From: Halioglobus sp.
GTDB lineage: Bacteria > Pseudomonadota > Gammaproteobacteria > Pseudomonadales > Halieaceae
Assembly (NCBI GenBank): GCA_039990395.1
Contig: JBDXFZ010000144.1
Location: 37,469 to 101,468 of the forward strand
Direction of reading: 5' to 3'
Length of the DNA stretch: 64,000 nucleotides
The notes beneath the pieces are model-generated. The model searched no databases. It had not been told where the DNA came from and was given only the letters and a program-made list of their open reading frames with translations. Below, one piece after another: positions 50,938 to 60,726 of the stretch. Every line of letters starts with the position of its first letter. The first letter of the stretch is position 1. Position numbers and translations under genes: made by a program.

Positions 50938-53060
50938 ACGAACGGAAAACCCACTATCGAGCCTGCCATCTTTGTGAGGCCATTTGCGGCGTTGTCATCG
51001 AAACAGAAGGCGAAGAGATCATCTCTATTAAGGGTGACGACAACGACCCCCTAAGCCGCGGCCACATTTGTCCCAAAGCCGTCGCCCTGCGTGATATCCA
51101 TCAAGATCCGGATCGCCTGCGCAAACCGGTTAAAAAGGTTACCGATGAGAATGGCGCTATTACGTGGCAGGAAATCAGCTGGAAAGAAGCGCTGGATACT
51201 ACAGCCGAACGCCTGCTGGACATGCACGACCGCCACGGTGTGGATTCAGTTGGTGCTTACTTTGGCAACCCCAGCGTTCACAACTACGGAATGCTGACTC
51301 ATCAGAACAACCTGTTTCGTTTTTTCAAAACCAAGAACCGCTTCTCAGCGACGTCTGTCGACCAGCTGCCGCATCACCTAACCGCCATGTGGCTTTTTGG
51401 TCACAAGTCGATGTTTCCTATTCCCGATATTGATCGCACCGACTACTTCATGATGCTTGGCGCCAACCCGATTGCGTCCAACGGCAGCATCTGGACAGTC
51501 CCCGATGTCAAAAAGCGAATCAAAGACATGAAGGCCCGTGGTGGCAAACTCATTGTCATCGACCCTCGCAGAACAGAGACCGCCGAACTGGCAACCGAAC
51601 ACCTGTTCATTAAGCCCGGAACCGATGCCGTATTCATCGCTGCCATGCTCAACACCATTCTTGATGAGAATTTGGCAGACCCTGGTGCCCTCAAGAGCTT
51701 CGTAGACGGGCTAGATGAGGTCGCCGTCGCAGTGGCCGTATTCACGCCGGAAATGGCCGAAAAACACACGGGGATAAATGCCGATGATACGCGCCGACTC
51801 GCCAGAGAATTAGCACAGGCACCTGCCGGCATCTGCTACGGCAGGATGGGCGTCTCCACTCAGGTGTACGGCGCGTTATGCCAATGGCTCATCGGTGTCA
51901 TCAATGTTGCCACCGGCAATATCGACAAACCTGGCGGGTCAATGTTCACACTGCCGGCAGTAGATCAAATTCACAACACAGGCCCAGGTGGCTTTGGTCG
52001 TCATCTCAGCCGCGTCCGCGGACTGCCCGAATTCGATCGGGAGATTCCAGCCTCCACCCTAGCTGAAGAGATCACCACGCCCGGCGATGGGCAGGTGCGT
52101 GCGCTATTCACAGGCGCGGGCAATCCAGTGCTCTCTACCCCAAACGGTCGCCAGCTAGACGACGCGATGGAGCAATTGGAATTTATGGTGTCGCTGGACC
52201 CTTACATCAACGAGACCACACGACACGCCGATATCATTCTGCCGCCCACCTCGCCTCTGGAGCACGATCATTACGATATCGGGTTTCACACTAACGCAAT
52301 ACGCAACACCACCCGCTTCAACGAGCCAGTGTTTGAAAAGCCGCAGGACAGCCTGCACGATTGGGAGATTTTTACGGCACTTGGCGATCGGGTTGCCGAA
52401 GCGATGGGGTTGGAGCCGCGTCCGCCACGTGCACCGCATGAGATTATCGACGCGGGCTTGCAGGTAGGCCCTTACAGCGAGAATCAAGACAGCGAGCATA
52501 AGTTGTCGCTGGATGTCTTGCGTGCCAACCCGTCGGGCATTGACCTGGGCGCTCTCGTGCCGATGCTGCCAGAAAGGCTGTTCACGCCGGACAAGCGAAT
52601 AAACTGCGCCTCACCCTTACCCATGAGCGACTTAGAAAGGCTGCATGAAGAATTCTCGCAGGACGGCGACGATGGTCTACGTCTTATCGGGCGTCGCCAC
52701 GTGCGCTCGAATAACTCCTGGATGCATAACTACCATCGATTGGTTAAAGGCAAAGATCGCTGCACCCTACTCATGCATCCTCAGGACATGCAACAACGAG
52801 AAATTAGCGATGGCAGCGCCGTTGCACTTAGCTCTCGTGCAGGCAGCGTAACGGTTCGGGTAGAGCAGTCTGAAGATGTCATGCCCGGTGTGGTTAGCCT
52901 GCCACATGGCTATGGCCACAACCGAAACGGCATACGCATGGACACTGCCGTGGCAAACGCGGGCGTCTCCTGCAACGATGTCACTGATGAATTGTTTCTG
53001 GATAAACTATCAGGTAACGCTGCCATCAATGGCGTGCCTGTTACTGTGTCACTGGCGTGA
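50934..53060 (+). CDS. cytoplasmic molybdopterin (MopB-family) oxidoreductase
   Basis: 708 aa. N-terminal 4Fe-4S motif CHLCEAICG...(27 aa)...C, no Tat signal, and a C-terminal molydop-binding beta-barrel (GVVSLPHGYGH). Confidence 0.8.
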   Translation: MNERKTHYRACHLCEAICGVVIETEGEEIISIKGDDNDPLSRGHICPKAVALRDIHQDPDRLRKPVKKVTDENGAITWQEISWKEALDTTAERLLDMHDRHGVDSVGAYFGNPSVHNYGMLTHQNNLFRFFKTKNRFSATSVDQLPHHLTAMWLFGHKSMFPIPDIDRTDYFMMLGANPIASNGSIWTVPDVKKRIKDMKARGGKLIVIDPRRTETAELATEHLFIKPGTDAVFIAAMLNTILDENLADPGALKSFVDGLDEVAVAVAVFTPEMAEKHTGINADDTRRLARELAQAPAGICYGRMGVSTQVYGALCQWLIGVINVATGNIDKPGGSMFTLPAVDQIHNTGPGGFGRHLSRVRGLPEFDREIPASTLAEEITTPGDGQVRALFTGAGNPVLSTPNGRQLDDAMEQLEFMVSLDPYINETTRHADIILPPTSPLEHDHYDIGFHTNAIRNTTRFNEPVFEKPQDSLHDWEIFTALGDRVAEAMGLEPRPPRAPHEIIDAGLQVGPYSENQDSEHKLSLDVLRANPSGIDLGALVPMLPERLFTPDKRINCASPLPMSDLERLHEEFSQDGDDGLRLIGRRHVRSNNSWMHNYHRLVKGKDRCTLLMHPQDMQQREISDGSAVALSSRAGSVTVRVEQSEDVMPGVVSLPHGYGHNRNGIRMDTAVANAGVSCNDVTDELFLDKLSGNAAINGVPVTVSLA

Positions 53061-53108
53061 CTCGAGTACATGGATAAGTTTCATCAATAACACTGGGGGT
53101 AGAGGGTC

Positions 53109-53705
53109 ATGGACATTTCAACCATCGTATTTTGGCTGGTATTGCTTGGGGCGGTCATTTATGTCGTCAATATCTATAACACCCTCGTCACGCTTAAGAA
53201 TCGCTTTCTTAATGCGTTTTCGCAGATTGAGGTTCAACTAAAACGGCGCTACGACCTTATTCCCAACCTTGTGGAGACTGCCAAGGGCTATCTGGATCAC
53301 GAACGCGAGACACTGGAAGCGGTGATTGCTGCACGCAATGAGGCGGCGGCCATTCTCAAAGGCTTAGGTGACAGCAGTATTGGGGGAGAAGCGATGAAGC
53401 AACTCGCCGGCGCAGAAAATGCTCTTCAAGGTGCATTGGGAAAACTCAACGTCACGATGGAGGCCTATCCAGACCTCAAGGCCAGCGAGAATATGCAGCA
53501 ATTGTCGGAAGAGTTGACCTCTACAGAGAATCGGATCTCTTTTGCCCGCCAGGGCTACAACGATGCGGTAATGACATATAACACCTACCGACAGACTTTT
53601 CCGCCCGTGTTTTTTGCCGCTCGATTTGGCCATCCAACGGACGCAGAGCTACTGGAGTTCGACGATACAGAGCAGATTCAAGCTGCGCCCAAAGTCTCGT
53701 TTTAA
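53109..53705 (+). CDS. lemA: LemA family protein
   Basis: 198 aa. N-terminal TM followed by NTLVTLKNRFLNAFSQIEVQLKRRYDLIPNLVETAKGY. Confidence 0.85.
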   Translation: MDISTIVFWLVLLGAVIYVVNIYNTLVTLKNRFLNAFSQIEVQLKRRYDLIPNLVETAKGYLDHERETLEAVIAARNEAAAILKGLGDSSIGGEAMKQLAGAENALQGALGKLNVTMEAYPDLKASENMQQLSEELTSTENRISFARQGYNDAVMTYNTYRQTFPPVFFAARFGHPTDAELLEFDDTEQIQAAPKVSF

Positions 53706-53750
53706 TCACTACTTTGCAGGCAATTTGTTCGCCACGATACGCTGCCTGAA

Positions 53751-55709
53751 ATGAACTTCTTTGAGCAGCAGGACGCAGCGAGGCGCAATACCAAACTGCT
53801 GTCACTGCTGTTTGCAGTTGCCGTTCTACTCCTCGTATTACTCACCAACCTCCTCGTCGCGGGGTTTCTGTGGTTTAGCCAGGACTACAACCTATACGCC
53901 GGTAGCCGCGAGGGCATCCAAGGGTTTCTGTCGTACATTAGCTGGGCCCGGTTTGGCAGTATCGGACTCGCTATTACGGCCACCGTGGCACTAATCGTGC
54001 TGGTGAAGTGGTGGCAGCTTTCTACCGGCGGCAAGACCGTCGCCGAAAATATGGGAGGCACCCGCATTGTGCCTCAAACTGATGATCGCGCAGAGCGGCG
54101 CTGCCTGAACGTAGTCCAAGAAATATCACTGGCTGCCAACATGCCAGTGCCTGCAGTGTATGTATTGAACGGAGAACGTGGTATCAACGCGTTCGCAGCG
54201 GGTATCACGCCCTCAGATGCTGTGGTGGCAGTCACACGAGGTACTCTCGAGCACTTGACCCGTGATGAGCTACAGGGCGTTATAGCTCACGAGTTCAGTC
54301 ACATTCTCAATGGTGATATGCGTCTAAATATTCGGCTGGCGGCCATGCTCAAGGGAATCACCTTTATTGGTGATGTTGGCCACTTTCTGCTGCGCTCCGG
54401 TTCGCGGCATCGATCCGGCGGCTCATCCAAACGAGGCAATTCGGCGGCATTGCCTTTATTGGGCTTGGCTCTCTGGATTCTGGGTTGGTTGGGTGGCCTC
54501 GCCGCTGGCTTTATCAAGGCTGCCATCAGCCGACAGAAGGAATATCTGGCAGATGCATCTGCCGTACAATTTACCCGGCACGCTGATGGTATAGGTAATG
54601 CACTTAAAGTAATCGGTGGCTATATTCCCGGCACACTGGTGCACGCCGCCAGAGCGAATGAAATGTCGCATATTTTCTTCGGCCAGATACAACATAGTTT
54701 ATGGCAGGTATTTGCCACTCATCCACCGCTAAAGGACCGCATTCTGCGCATTGATCCACGCTGGAATGGACAGTACATCAAACGCAAGGTACGTCATTAC
54801 GACGACACACCTTCTCGACCAGGCTATGGTGAGGTCGGCGTGGGTCGCGCTGCTTTGGTTGCTGCCGCCATCGCCTCTACTGCAGTGAAGCTGGAAAATA
54901 GTGAAACTGCCTCCGACGCCGATTTTGGCCCCTCGCCCGAGTCTCTCGACCAAGCGCTGGCTCAGCGTCATGAATTACCCACCGCTTTTGTGCAGCAGAG
55001 CCGTGAGCCGCTCGGTGCCAGTGCGCTTGTGCTTGCCCTGCTATCCAGTCGTGATCCCCAAGTGCTCAAAGAACAGCTGACGCTGATAGGCAATAGTCAC
55101 CCGCAATCCACGGTAGATTTGGTGTATACGGTAACGTCAGGCGTCCAGCAACTGGCACCGCCTCAACGTCTGCCATTGCTGGAGCTGTGTATTCCCACGC
55201 TTAAAAGTATGTCACTTGCCCAGTATCGCGTTTTCAAGAACACCCTGCTCCATGTCATTCAAGCCGACAGTAAAACTGAGCTGTTCGAATGGTGCTTTTT
55301 TCAGCTGGTAAGGCACTATCTTGATCCCGAGTTTTTTCAGGTAAAGCCCAGCAAACCACGCTATCGCTCGCTCGAAAAAGTGCGCCACCCTATCCGGGTG
55401 GTGATCTCTGTATTGGCGCATGAAGGAGTGGGGGATGCCAACCGTGCATTCGCTCTTGGTGCCAGTGAACTCGGCATGAAAAAGCTGGTGTTGATGCCCC
55501 GCGAGCAGTGCAGTGTTGCACTCTTTAGCAAATCGGTACATGAACTCGCTGATTGCTATCCACTGCTCAAGCCCAGATTGCTAAAAGCGATGGCGCTAGC
55601 GGCCGCGGAAGACGGCATCGTTTGTGAGGTAGAGCGCGAGATCATCGCCAGCATCGCAGCAGTAATGGACTGCCCAGTGCCGATCGACCTACGTGAGCAC
55701 TATAGCTAG
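53751..55709 (+). CDS. membrane M48-family Zn metallopeptidase with a C-terminal TerB-like domain
   Basis: 652 aa. HEFSHILNGD (HExxH), TM helices, and a C-terminus AAAEDGIVCEVEREIIASIAAVMDCP. Confidence 0.75.
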   Translation: MNFFEQQDAARRNTKLLSLLFAVAVLLLVLLTNLLVAGFLWFSQDYNLYAGSREGIQGFLSYISWARFGSIGLAITATVALIVLVKWWQLSTGGKTVAENMGGTRIVPQTDDRAERRCLNVVQEISLAANMPVPAVYVLNGERGINAFAAGITPSDAVVAVTRGTLEHLTRDELQGVIAHEFSHILNGDMRLNIRLAAMLKGITFIGDVGHFLLRSGSRHRSGGSSKRGNSAALPLLGLALWILGWLGGLAAGFIKAAISRQKEYLADASAVQFTRHADGIGNALKVIGGYIPGTLVHAARANEMSHIFFGQIQHSLWQVFATHPPLKDRILRIDPRWNGQYIKRKVRHYDDTPSRPGYGEVGVGRAALVAAAIASTAVKLENSETASDADFGPSPESLDQALAQRHELPTAFVQQSREPLGASALVLALLSSRDPQVLKEQLTLIGNSHPQSTVDLVYTVTSGVQQLAPPQRLPLLELCIPTLKSMSLAQYRVFKNTLLHVIQADSKTELFEWCFFQLVRHYLDPEFFQVKPSKPRYRSLEKVRHPIRVVISVLAHEGVGDANRAFALGASELGMKKLVLMPREQCSVALFSKSVHELADCYPLLKPRLLKAMALAAAEDGIVCEVEREIIASIAAVMDCPVPIDLREHYS

Positions 55710-55866
55710 CACTATCTTTCAAGCATAAGTGGCCGATCTCAACGCACACACTTTCGCTTCTGGTAAATCCTGCTAAGGTAAATGACAGCAGATCAGGTGA
55801 AGGATCACCCGCTGCAAAACAGGATTCATCCCCCAATCCATCATCCAGAACAAGGAGGTTCCGGCA

Positions 55867-56262
55867 ATGGACATGCAATACATTCGTACTCGTGGAGGTG
55901 AGGGCTACGCCCCACCACCACCCAAACCTCGCCACTTCCCACTCTCTCGCACGACTGACAAGGTTCTTCAAATACTGCTGGAGGAAGATTTGGCGAGGGT
56001 GCGGGCTGATCGGGTAGCAGAAGAACTCGGTATCAGCGGTACCACCCTGCGCAGACGGCTCCGCGGCGACCATACCAGCTATCAGTTCCTGCTTGATCGG
56101 GCGCGGCAGTATCGCTGTGAGAAACAGCTGCGGGAAAAGTGGCTACCCGGAAAATGCCTGGCAGATGACCTAGGCTATCTAGAGGTTAACAGTTTCTATC
56201 GGGCTTTCCGGCGCTGGACAGGCATGAGTTATAGCCAATACAAGGTTGAGTATTGCTATTAA
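55867..56262 (+). CDS. AraC-family HTH-only protein
   Basis: 131 aa containing only the dual-HTH region (LGISGTTLRRRL..., LGYLEVNSFYRAFRRWTGMSYSQYK). AAGGAGG RBS upstream. Confidence 0.65.
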   Translation: MDMQYIRTRGGEGYAPPPPKPRHFPLSRTTDKVLQILLEEDLARVRADRVAEELGISGTTLRRRLRGDHTSYQFLLDRARQYRCEKQLREKWLPGKCLADDLGYLEVNSFYRAFRRWTGMSYSQYKVEYCY

Positions 56263-56279
56263 CTATTCGAATCAGCGTA

Positions 56280-58100
56280 CTACGCCGACGCCTTTTGGTT
56301 ACCCACAATGACTCTGTTGCGGCCAGCCGCCTTGCCTTCATAGAGGGCGGCATCCGCCCTGGCGATACAAGCTTCCAGCGTCTCGCCTTTACGGAAAGTG
56401 GTCACACCAAACGTTAAGGTAATTGAGAGTCGTCGGTCCTGGAAATCGAATACGTTATCGCTGATCGTATCGCGCAATTTTTCTGCCAGAAGTGCAGCGC
56501 CTTCAGAATCGGTTTCGGGCAGCAGCAGGATAAACTCCTCACCACCCCAGCGCCCCAGCCGGTCAATATCCCGTATCCGCCCGCGCATGATTGCGGCCGC
56601 ACGCGATAGCACATGGTCACCACAGGCGTGGCCGTACTGATCGTTAAACGATTTGAAGTTATCGATATCAGACAACACAATGCTAAAGCCTTTGCCGCCC
56701 CGGAACATGCGCTGTACCTCGACCTCGGCCTCTTCTCTGAAACCGCGGCGATTGTACAAACCCGTCAATGGGTCGATTCTGGCAGCCTCGCCCAAGCGCT
56801 CATTGGCCAGGCTCAAAGACTCCGTGCGCTCTGCCACCACTTGCTCCAAATGACTCATACTAGCCGTGAAGCGGTTTGCCAGCGACACAGCCATGGCGAG
56901 CATAATGGCAACAAACCCGAAGGGGACAAGCCTAGTGGTATCAACAGCCACAAAGTCGATCAGCAAGTCATTCACGCAGGCTGCAATAAAAATCAGCACA
57001 CCCAAAAATAGGGTGCGGGCTTCTGGGTGGTGATCACGGAGCTTTCGCACCATGAGCAGTGGCGTTAGCAATAGGGCAGGCAAGGTCCAAGCTTGCCAAA
57101 AACGTAATGTCTCAGCGTTTATATCATGTCCAGGTACCAGCACCACAACAAAGGCAGCTATTGGAAAACTGAGTTGATACGCACGCAAATACCGTCCAAC
57201 GGGCTCGTCGAGTAGTGACCAAACAGTTTGTATCGCCAGTGCCGGGAACAGATAAATTGCGCCAAACTCAATCTTTTTGAGCGTCAGGAACGGAATGTCC
57301 ACCGCATACTTCAGTTGGTTGAGCATCAAACCATACAGGCCAATGTTGATCGCCATAAGACCAAACCAAAGGAAGCTGCTCAACTGCGGATTTCGGCGAT
57401 AAAGGTAGATATGGTAAAGACCAAAGCCAACAAACAGCAGACAAGCTAATAACTGCGGCAACTGACTGAGCACACCCTCAACAACGAGGCTTGCATAGTT
57501 CCCGATCTTAAATTCGCCATCAAAAGGGCCACTACCAAAGCGCACTGGTAAGGCGCCCTCGCCTCCCCACACCCGTAATGCAATAACGACCTTACCGTCT
57601 TCACTGATTGCCGATGTCGGCAAAGGATAAATGTACTCCTGGTCATAATCTGGCTCACTGAGCGGTGGCAGCTTGCCGCGACCACCCAGCAATTTGCCAC
57701 CTGCGTAGAGCTCGTAGGCGCTCATTACCTTGCCGATTCTAATACCCAGTTGCTCACGATCCTCCCAGAACTGAGCATCACCTGAATCCAGCGCAATGGA
57801 CAACCGGTACCAGGCAAATTGCTGCTCGTCGGGGTAACCGCCCAATGACCACCGCCCGGGTATGCGCCGAGTGGCCCACCGAGTATCATCCAGCGCTGGC
57901 GATGACCACGAGGCATTGTCGCCCTCCTGAAAACGCCAGCGACCATGCAGCGAAAAGCCCAGGTTGAGGTCTTCTTCCGTCACCAACGGCACGAGATGAC
58001 TAGAGACAGACTCCACGACCTGCGCCACTGCCATGGGCGCTGTTACGAGAGACAACACCAGTAGCAGCGCTGGTTGGAGTAATTTTCTAACAGCTAACAT
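56280..58100 (-). CDS. 7TMR-DISM sensor diguanylate cyclase (GGDEF)
   Basis: Signal peptide, extracellular DISMED2-like domain, seven TM helices and a coiled coil. Then DPLTGLYNRRGF...RWGGEEF, giving an RxxD I-site candidate and a GGEEF active site. Start set at MLAVRKLL. Confidence 0.8.
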   Translation of the reverse strand: MLAVRKLLQPALLLVLSLVTAPMAVAQVVESVSSHLVPLVTEEDLNLGFSLHGRWRFQEGDNASWSSPALDDTRWATRRIPGRWSLGGYPDEQQFAWYRLSIALDSGDAQFWEDREQLGIRIGKVMSAYELYAGGKLLGGRGKLPPLSEPDYDQEYIYPLPTSAISEDGKVVIALRVWGGEGALPVRFGSGPFDGEFKIGNYASLVVEGVLSQLPQLLACLLFVGFGLYHIYLYRRNPQLSSFLWFGLMAINIGLYGLMLNQLKYAVDIPFLTLKKIEFGAIYLFPALAIQTVWSLLDEPVGRYLRAYQLSFPIAAFVVVLVPGHDINAETLRFWQAWTLPALLLTPLLMVRKLRDHHPEARTLFLGVLIFIAACVNDLLIDFVAVDTTRLVPFGFVAIMLAMAVSLANRFTASMSHLEQVVAERTESLSLANERLGEAARIDPLTGLYNRRGFREEAEVEVQRMFRGGKGFSIVLSDIDNFKSFNDQYGHACGDHVLSRAAAIMRGRIRDIDRLGRWGGEEFILLLPETDSEGAALLAEKLRDTISDNVFDFQDRRLSITLTFGVTTFRKGETLEACIARADAALYEGKAAGRNRVIVGNQKASA

Positions 58101-58281
58101 ACGGCGATTATAGACCTTGAGCCTGGGAGAATGGATACCCAGACCAAAAAGCTTGAACCGAATCACACTACTATCGTTGCAGCAGGATATAACCAGATAG
58201 AAAACAAATGACATTGTGATAAATTACATTGGCATTTCCGCCAGTCGGAATGACTTTAAGCCTTAACCGAATTGTCAGTAA

Positions 58282-59322
58282 ATGATCACAAGCCTGCTTC
58301 TTATATCACTGATCAGCACACTAGCAGCCACTACTGTGTGCCGGTGGGCGGGCCTTGTAGACAATCCAGATGATCGTAAGCGGCATGTGGGTAACATTCC
58401 TCTATCTGGCGGAATCGCTGTTTTTATTACCTTCGTTATAAGTGTGTTCGCACTTAAGATTCCACCTTACACACCTTCTATGCTGACCATCGCCATCTTA
58501 GTATTTGGGCTCGGAGTATTCGATGACTTTAAGCACATTGCGCCCTGGCTGAGGCTGAGCCTGCAGTATGGCGCCGGCGTCGCTCTAGCTACTTACGGCG
58601 GAATTGCTATCTATAGCGTTGGGAATCTACTCGCGCTGGGTGATATCCCGCTATTGATACTGGCTGTACCACTTACGGCACTGGCCGTTGCAGGGCTCAG
58701 CAACGCCTACAACATGATCGATGGTATCGACGGACTTTCTGCGTCGCTGATGCTAATCCCACTTGCTGTGCTTTCGGCTTTAGCGCTGCTTTCGAGCCAT
58801 CCAATGCTCAATAGTCTCTAGGTGATGGTAGTACCACTGATTGTATTTTTGCTCTTTAACTTAGGGCCAAATACAAAGTATCTACCCAAGATATTTCTCG
58901 GTGATGGCGGCAGCATAACGATGGGGTTTCTGATCACTGCCTCGCTCGTATACTTTTCTCAGGGCGATTCAACATTGATCAACCCTGTTACGGCACTATG
59001 GCTGGTAACAGTACCTTTGATGGATATGCTGGCAACCATGGCAAGACGGCATCGACATGGTAGGAAACTGATGGAAGCGGATCGATCCCATCTCCACCAT
59101 AGTCTTCTAGATCTCGGCTTGAGCCCAAGAATTGCTCTACTGACAATAGTTGTTTACGCGCTGGGCTGCGCGCTGCTCGGGCTATTTTTGGAGTTATTCG
59201 CGGACTACATCAGCATGTTCAGCTTCTTCGCTCTTTTCATTCTGCATCTGGCATTTATTGCCACGGCATCCCGAAAGCTGGAAACAAGAAGCGCAAAGTC
59301 CGAGACGCTGGAAACCACCTAG
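58282..59322 (+). pseudogene. WecA/WbpL-type (GT4/MraY family) undecaprenyl-phosphate sugar-phosphate transferase interrupted by an in-frame TAG
   Basis: The two track ORFs (58282-58821 and 58822-59322) share one frame and are separated only by TAG at 58819-58821. The N-terminal part carries LVDNPDDRKRH and NAYNMIDGIDGL. The C-terminal part carries FLGDGGS. The combined length of ~346 aa is the normal size for this family. Confidence 0.7.
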
Positions 59323-59388
59323 CATTCTCGCTGAGCATACACTCGCTACGTTGCTACCTCGTGAACGTCATAGCTGCCTCGGGCGGCT

Positions 59389-60153
59389 TCAAGCCTTGCC
59401 CAGCGCAAAAACCAGAAAACCTACATATTCCCTAAGCGCATAGGTCGTTCTCTGCAGGTCATCCACGGTTGGCAACCACTTGGGTACAACCGGTGGCGCA
59501 TGTACGATTTGATAATCGGTAGCTGAGGGCGTGAGAGTGACGCCTTCCATTCGGAACATAGCCTCTGCCCTGCGCATATGAAAGGCTGAGGTTACCAGCA
59601 GAACAGACGAGAGGTTTTCTTGTTGCAGCATCTCTGCCGTAAAGCGGGCGTTTTCAAGCGTATTGCGACTGCGACGCTCCTCAATGACTGCCTCATCCGG
59701 CACACCCATTGCCACGAGAATTTGACTCATTAGCACTGCCTCGGGTGCTTCCCAATCTCTGGATCCGCCAGCAACAATAATCTTGCCAGCCTTGCCAGCC
59801 TTGTACAGCTCCACAGCATGCAGAAGGCGGTCGCTCTGTGCGTTCATATCAGCGGGTCGAGAAGGGAACGCCACACCATTAGTCGCGCCACCCAACACAA
59901 CAATGGCATCTGCCGGTTGGGTACGTTCGACAGAACGCGGCGGATAGTCAGACTCCAGGGAGGACATCACTGCATCAGCCATAAAGCCTGTAGAGCTGAG
60001 GTACAGCCACGAAAACGCCAGTAGGGCACACCAACCGGCAAAGCGCGTCGCGTTGGCAAAACGGGCCAGAGAGGCTATCAGCATTAGCGCAAGACTCTGA
60101 CTGAGTGGAAATACCAGCAGCGAAATTAACTTGGTTAATTCAAAGGACAACAC
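59389..60153 (-). CDS. DUF218/YdcF(ElyC)-family protein
   Basis: 254 aa. N-terminal TMs, then IVVLGGA..., IIVAGGS and LLVTSAFHMRRA motifs. Confidence 0.7.
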   Translation of the reverse strand: MLSFELTKLISLLVFPLSQSLALMLIASLARFANATRFAGWCALLAFSWLYLSSTGFMADAVMSSLESDYPPRSVERTQPADAIVVLGGATNGVAFPSRPADMNAQSDRLLHAVELYKAGKAGKIIVAGGSRDWEAPEAVLMSQILVAMGVPDEAVIEERRSRNTLENARFTAEMLQQENLSSVLLVTSAFHMRRAEAMFRMEGVTLTPSATDYQIVHAPPVVPKWLPTVDDLQRTTYALREYVGFLVFALGKA

Positions 60154-60290
60154 TCAATACACCAATCAAGCAGGTTTATATAGGAACTTCATAATGTCTG
60201 ACTGACGCTTTGTGTTCAACCGACACAAATCTCCTGTTGCGGGGTGCAACACGTTCAGCCTATGCTGATCGTTTTTAGGAGGGACACACT

Positions 60291-60671
60291 ATGGCTCTAG
60301 TTGCACTGGTTACACTTTTATTGTTGCTTCAATACATCACATTCATGATGCTCACCGGTAAGGCGCGAGGAGCGTCTGAACTGGTTGCACCGGCCTGTGT
60401 TGGCGATCTCGATTTTGAAAAGGCCTATCGTGTTCAAATGAACACACTGGAGCAGCTGATTGTTACACTCCCTGCCATGTGGGTCTGCGCGCACTTTTTT
60501 ATGCCGGTGGTAGCGGCTGCACTGGGACTCGCCTTCTTTGTCGGCAGAATATTATTTCGCAACGCGTATGTCACCGACCCGACCAAAAGAGGACCTGGCA
60601 TGATCGTGGGCTTTCTGGCCAATGTCGGTCTGATTCTCACTGCTGGGTGGGGAGTTATTTTCCAACTCTAA
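60291..60671 (+). CDS. MAPEG-family membrane protein
   Basis: 126 aa, four TM helices, RVQMNTLEQL motif; AGGAGG RBS upstream. Confidence 0.65.
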   Translation: MALVALVTLLLLLQYITFMMLTGKARGASELVAPACVGDLDFEKAYRVQMNTLEQLIVTLPAMWVCAHFFMPVVAAALGLAFFVGRILFRNAYVTDPTKRGPGMIVGFLANVGLILTAGWGVIFQL

Positions 60672-60726
60672 AGTTGCAAGGCTCAGTAAGACGTAGCGTA
60701 GAACTAACTACTGAGCCGAAGACCAC

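Noticed and set aside
50934-53060. Selenocysteine-containing formate-dehydrogenase-like enzyme.
   Set aside because: The ORF is uninterrupted, with no in-frame TGA, and no SECIS-like hairpin context was seen. The active-site residue cannot be assigned by eye.
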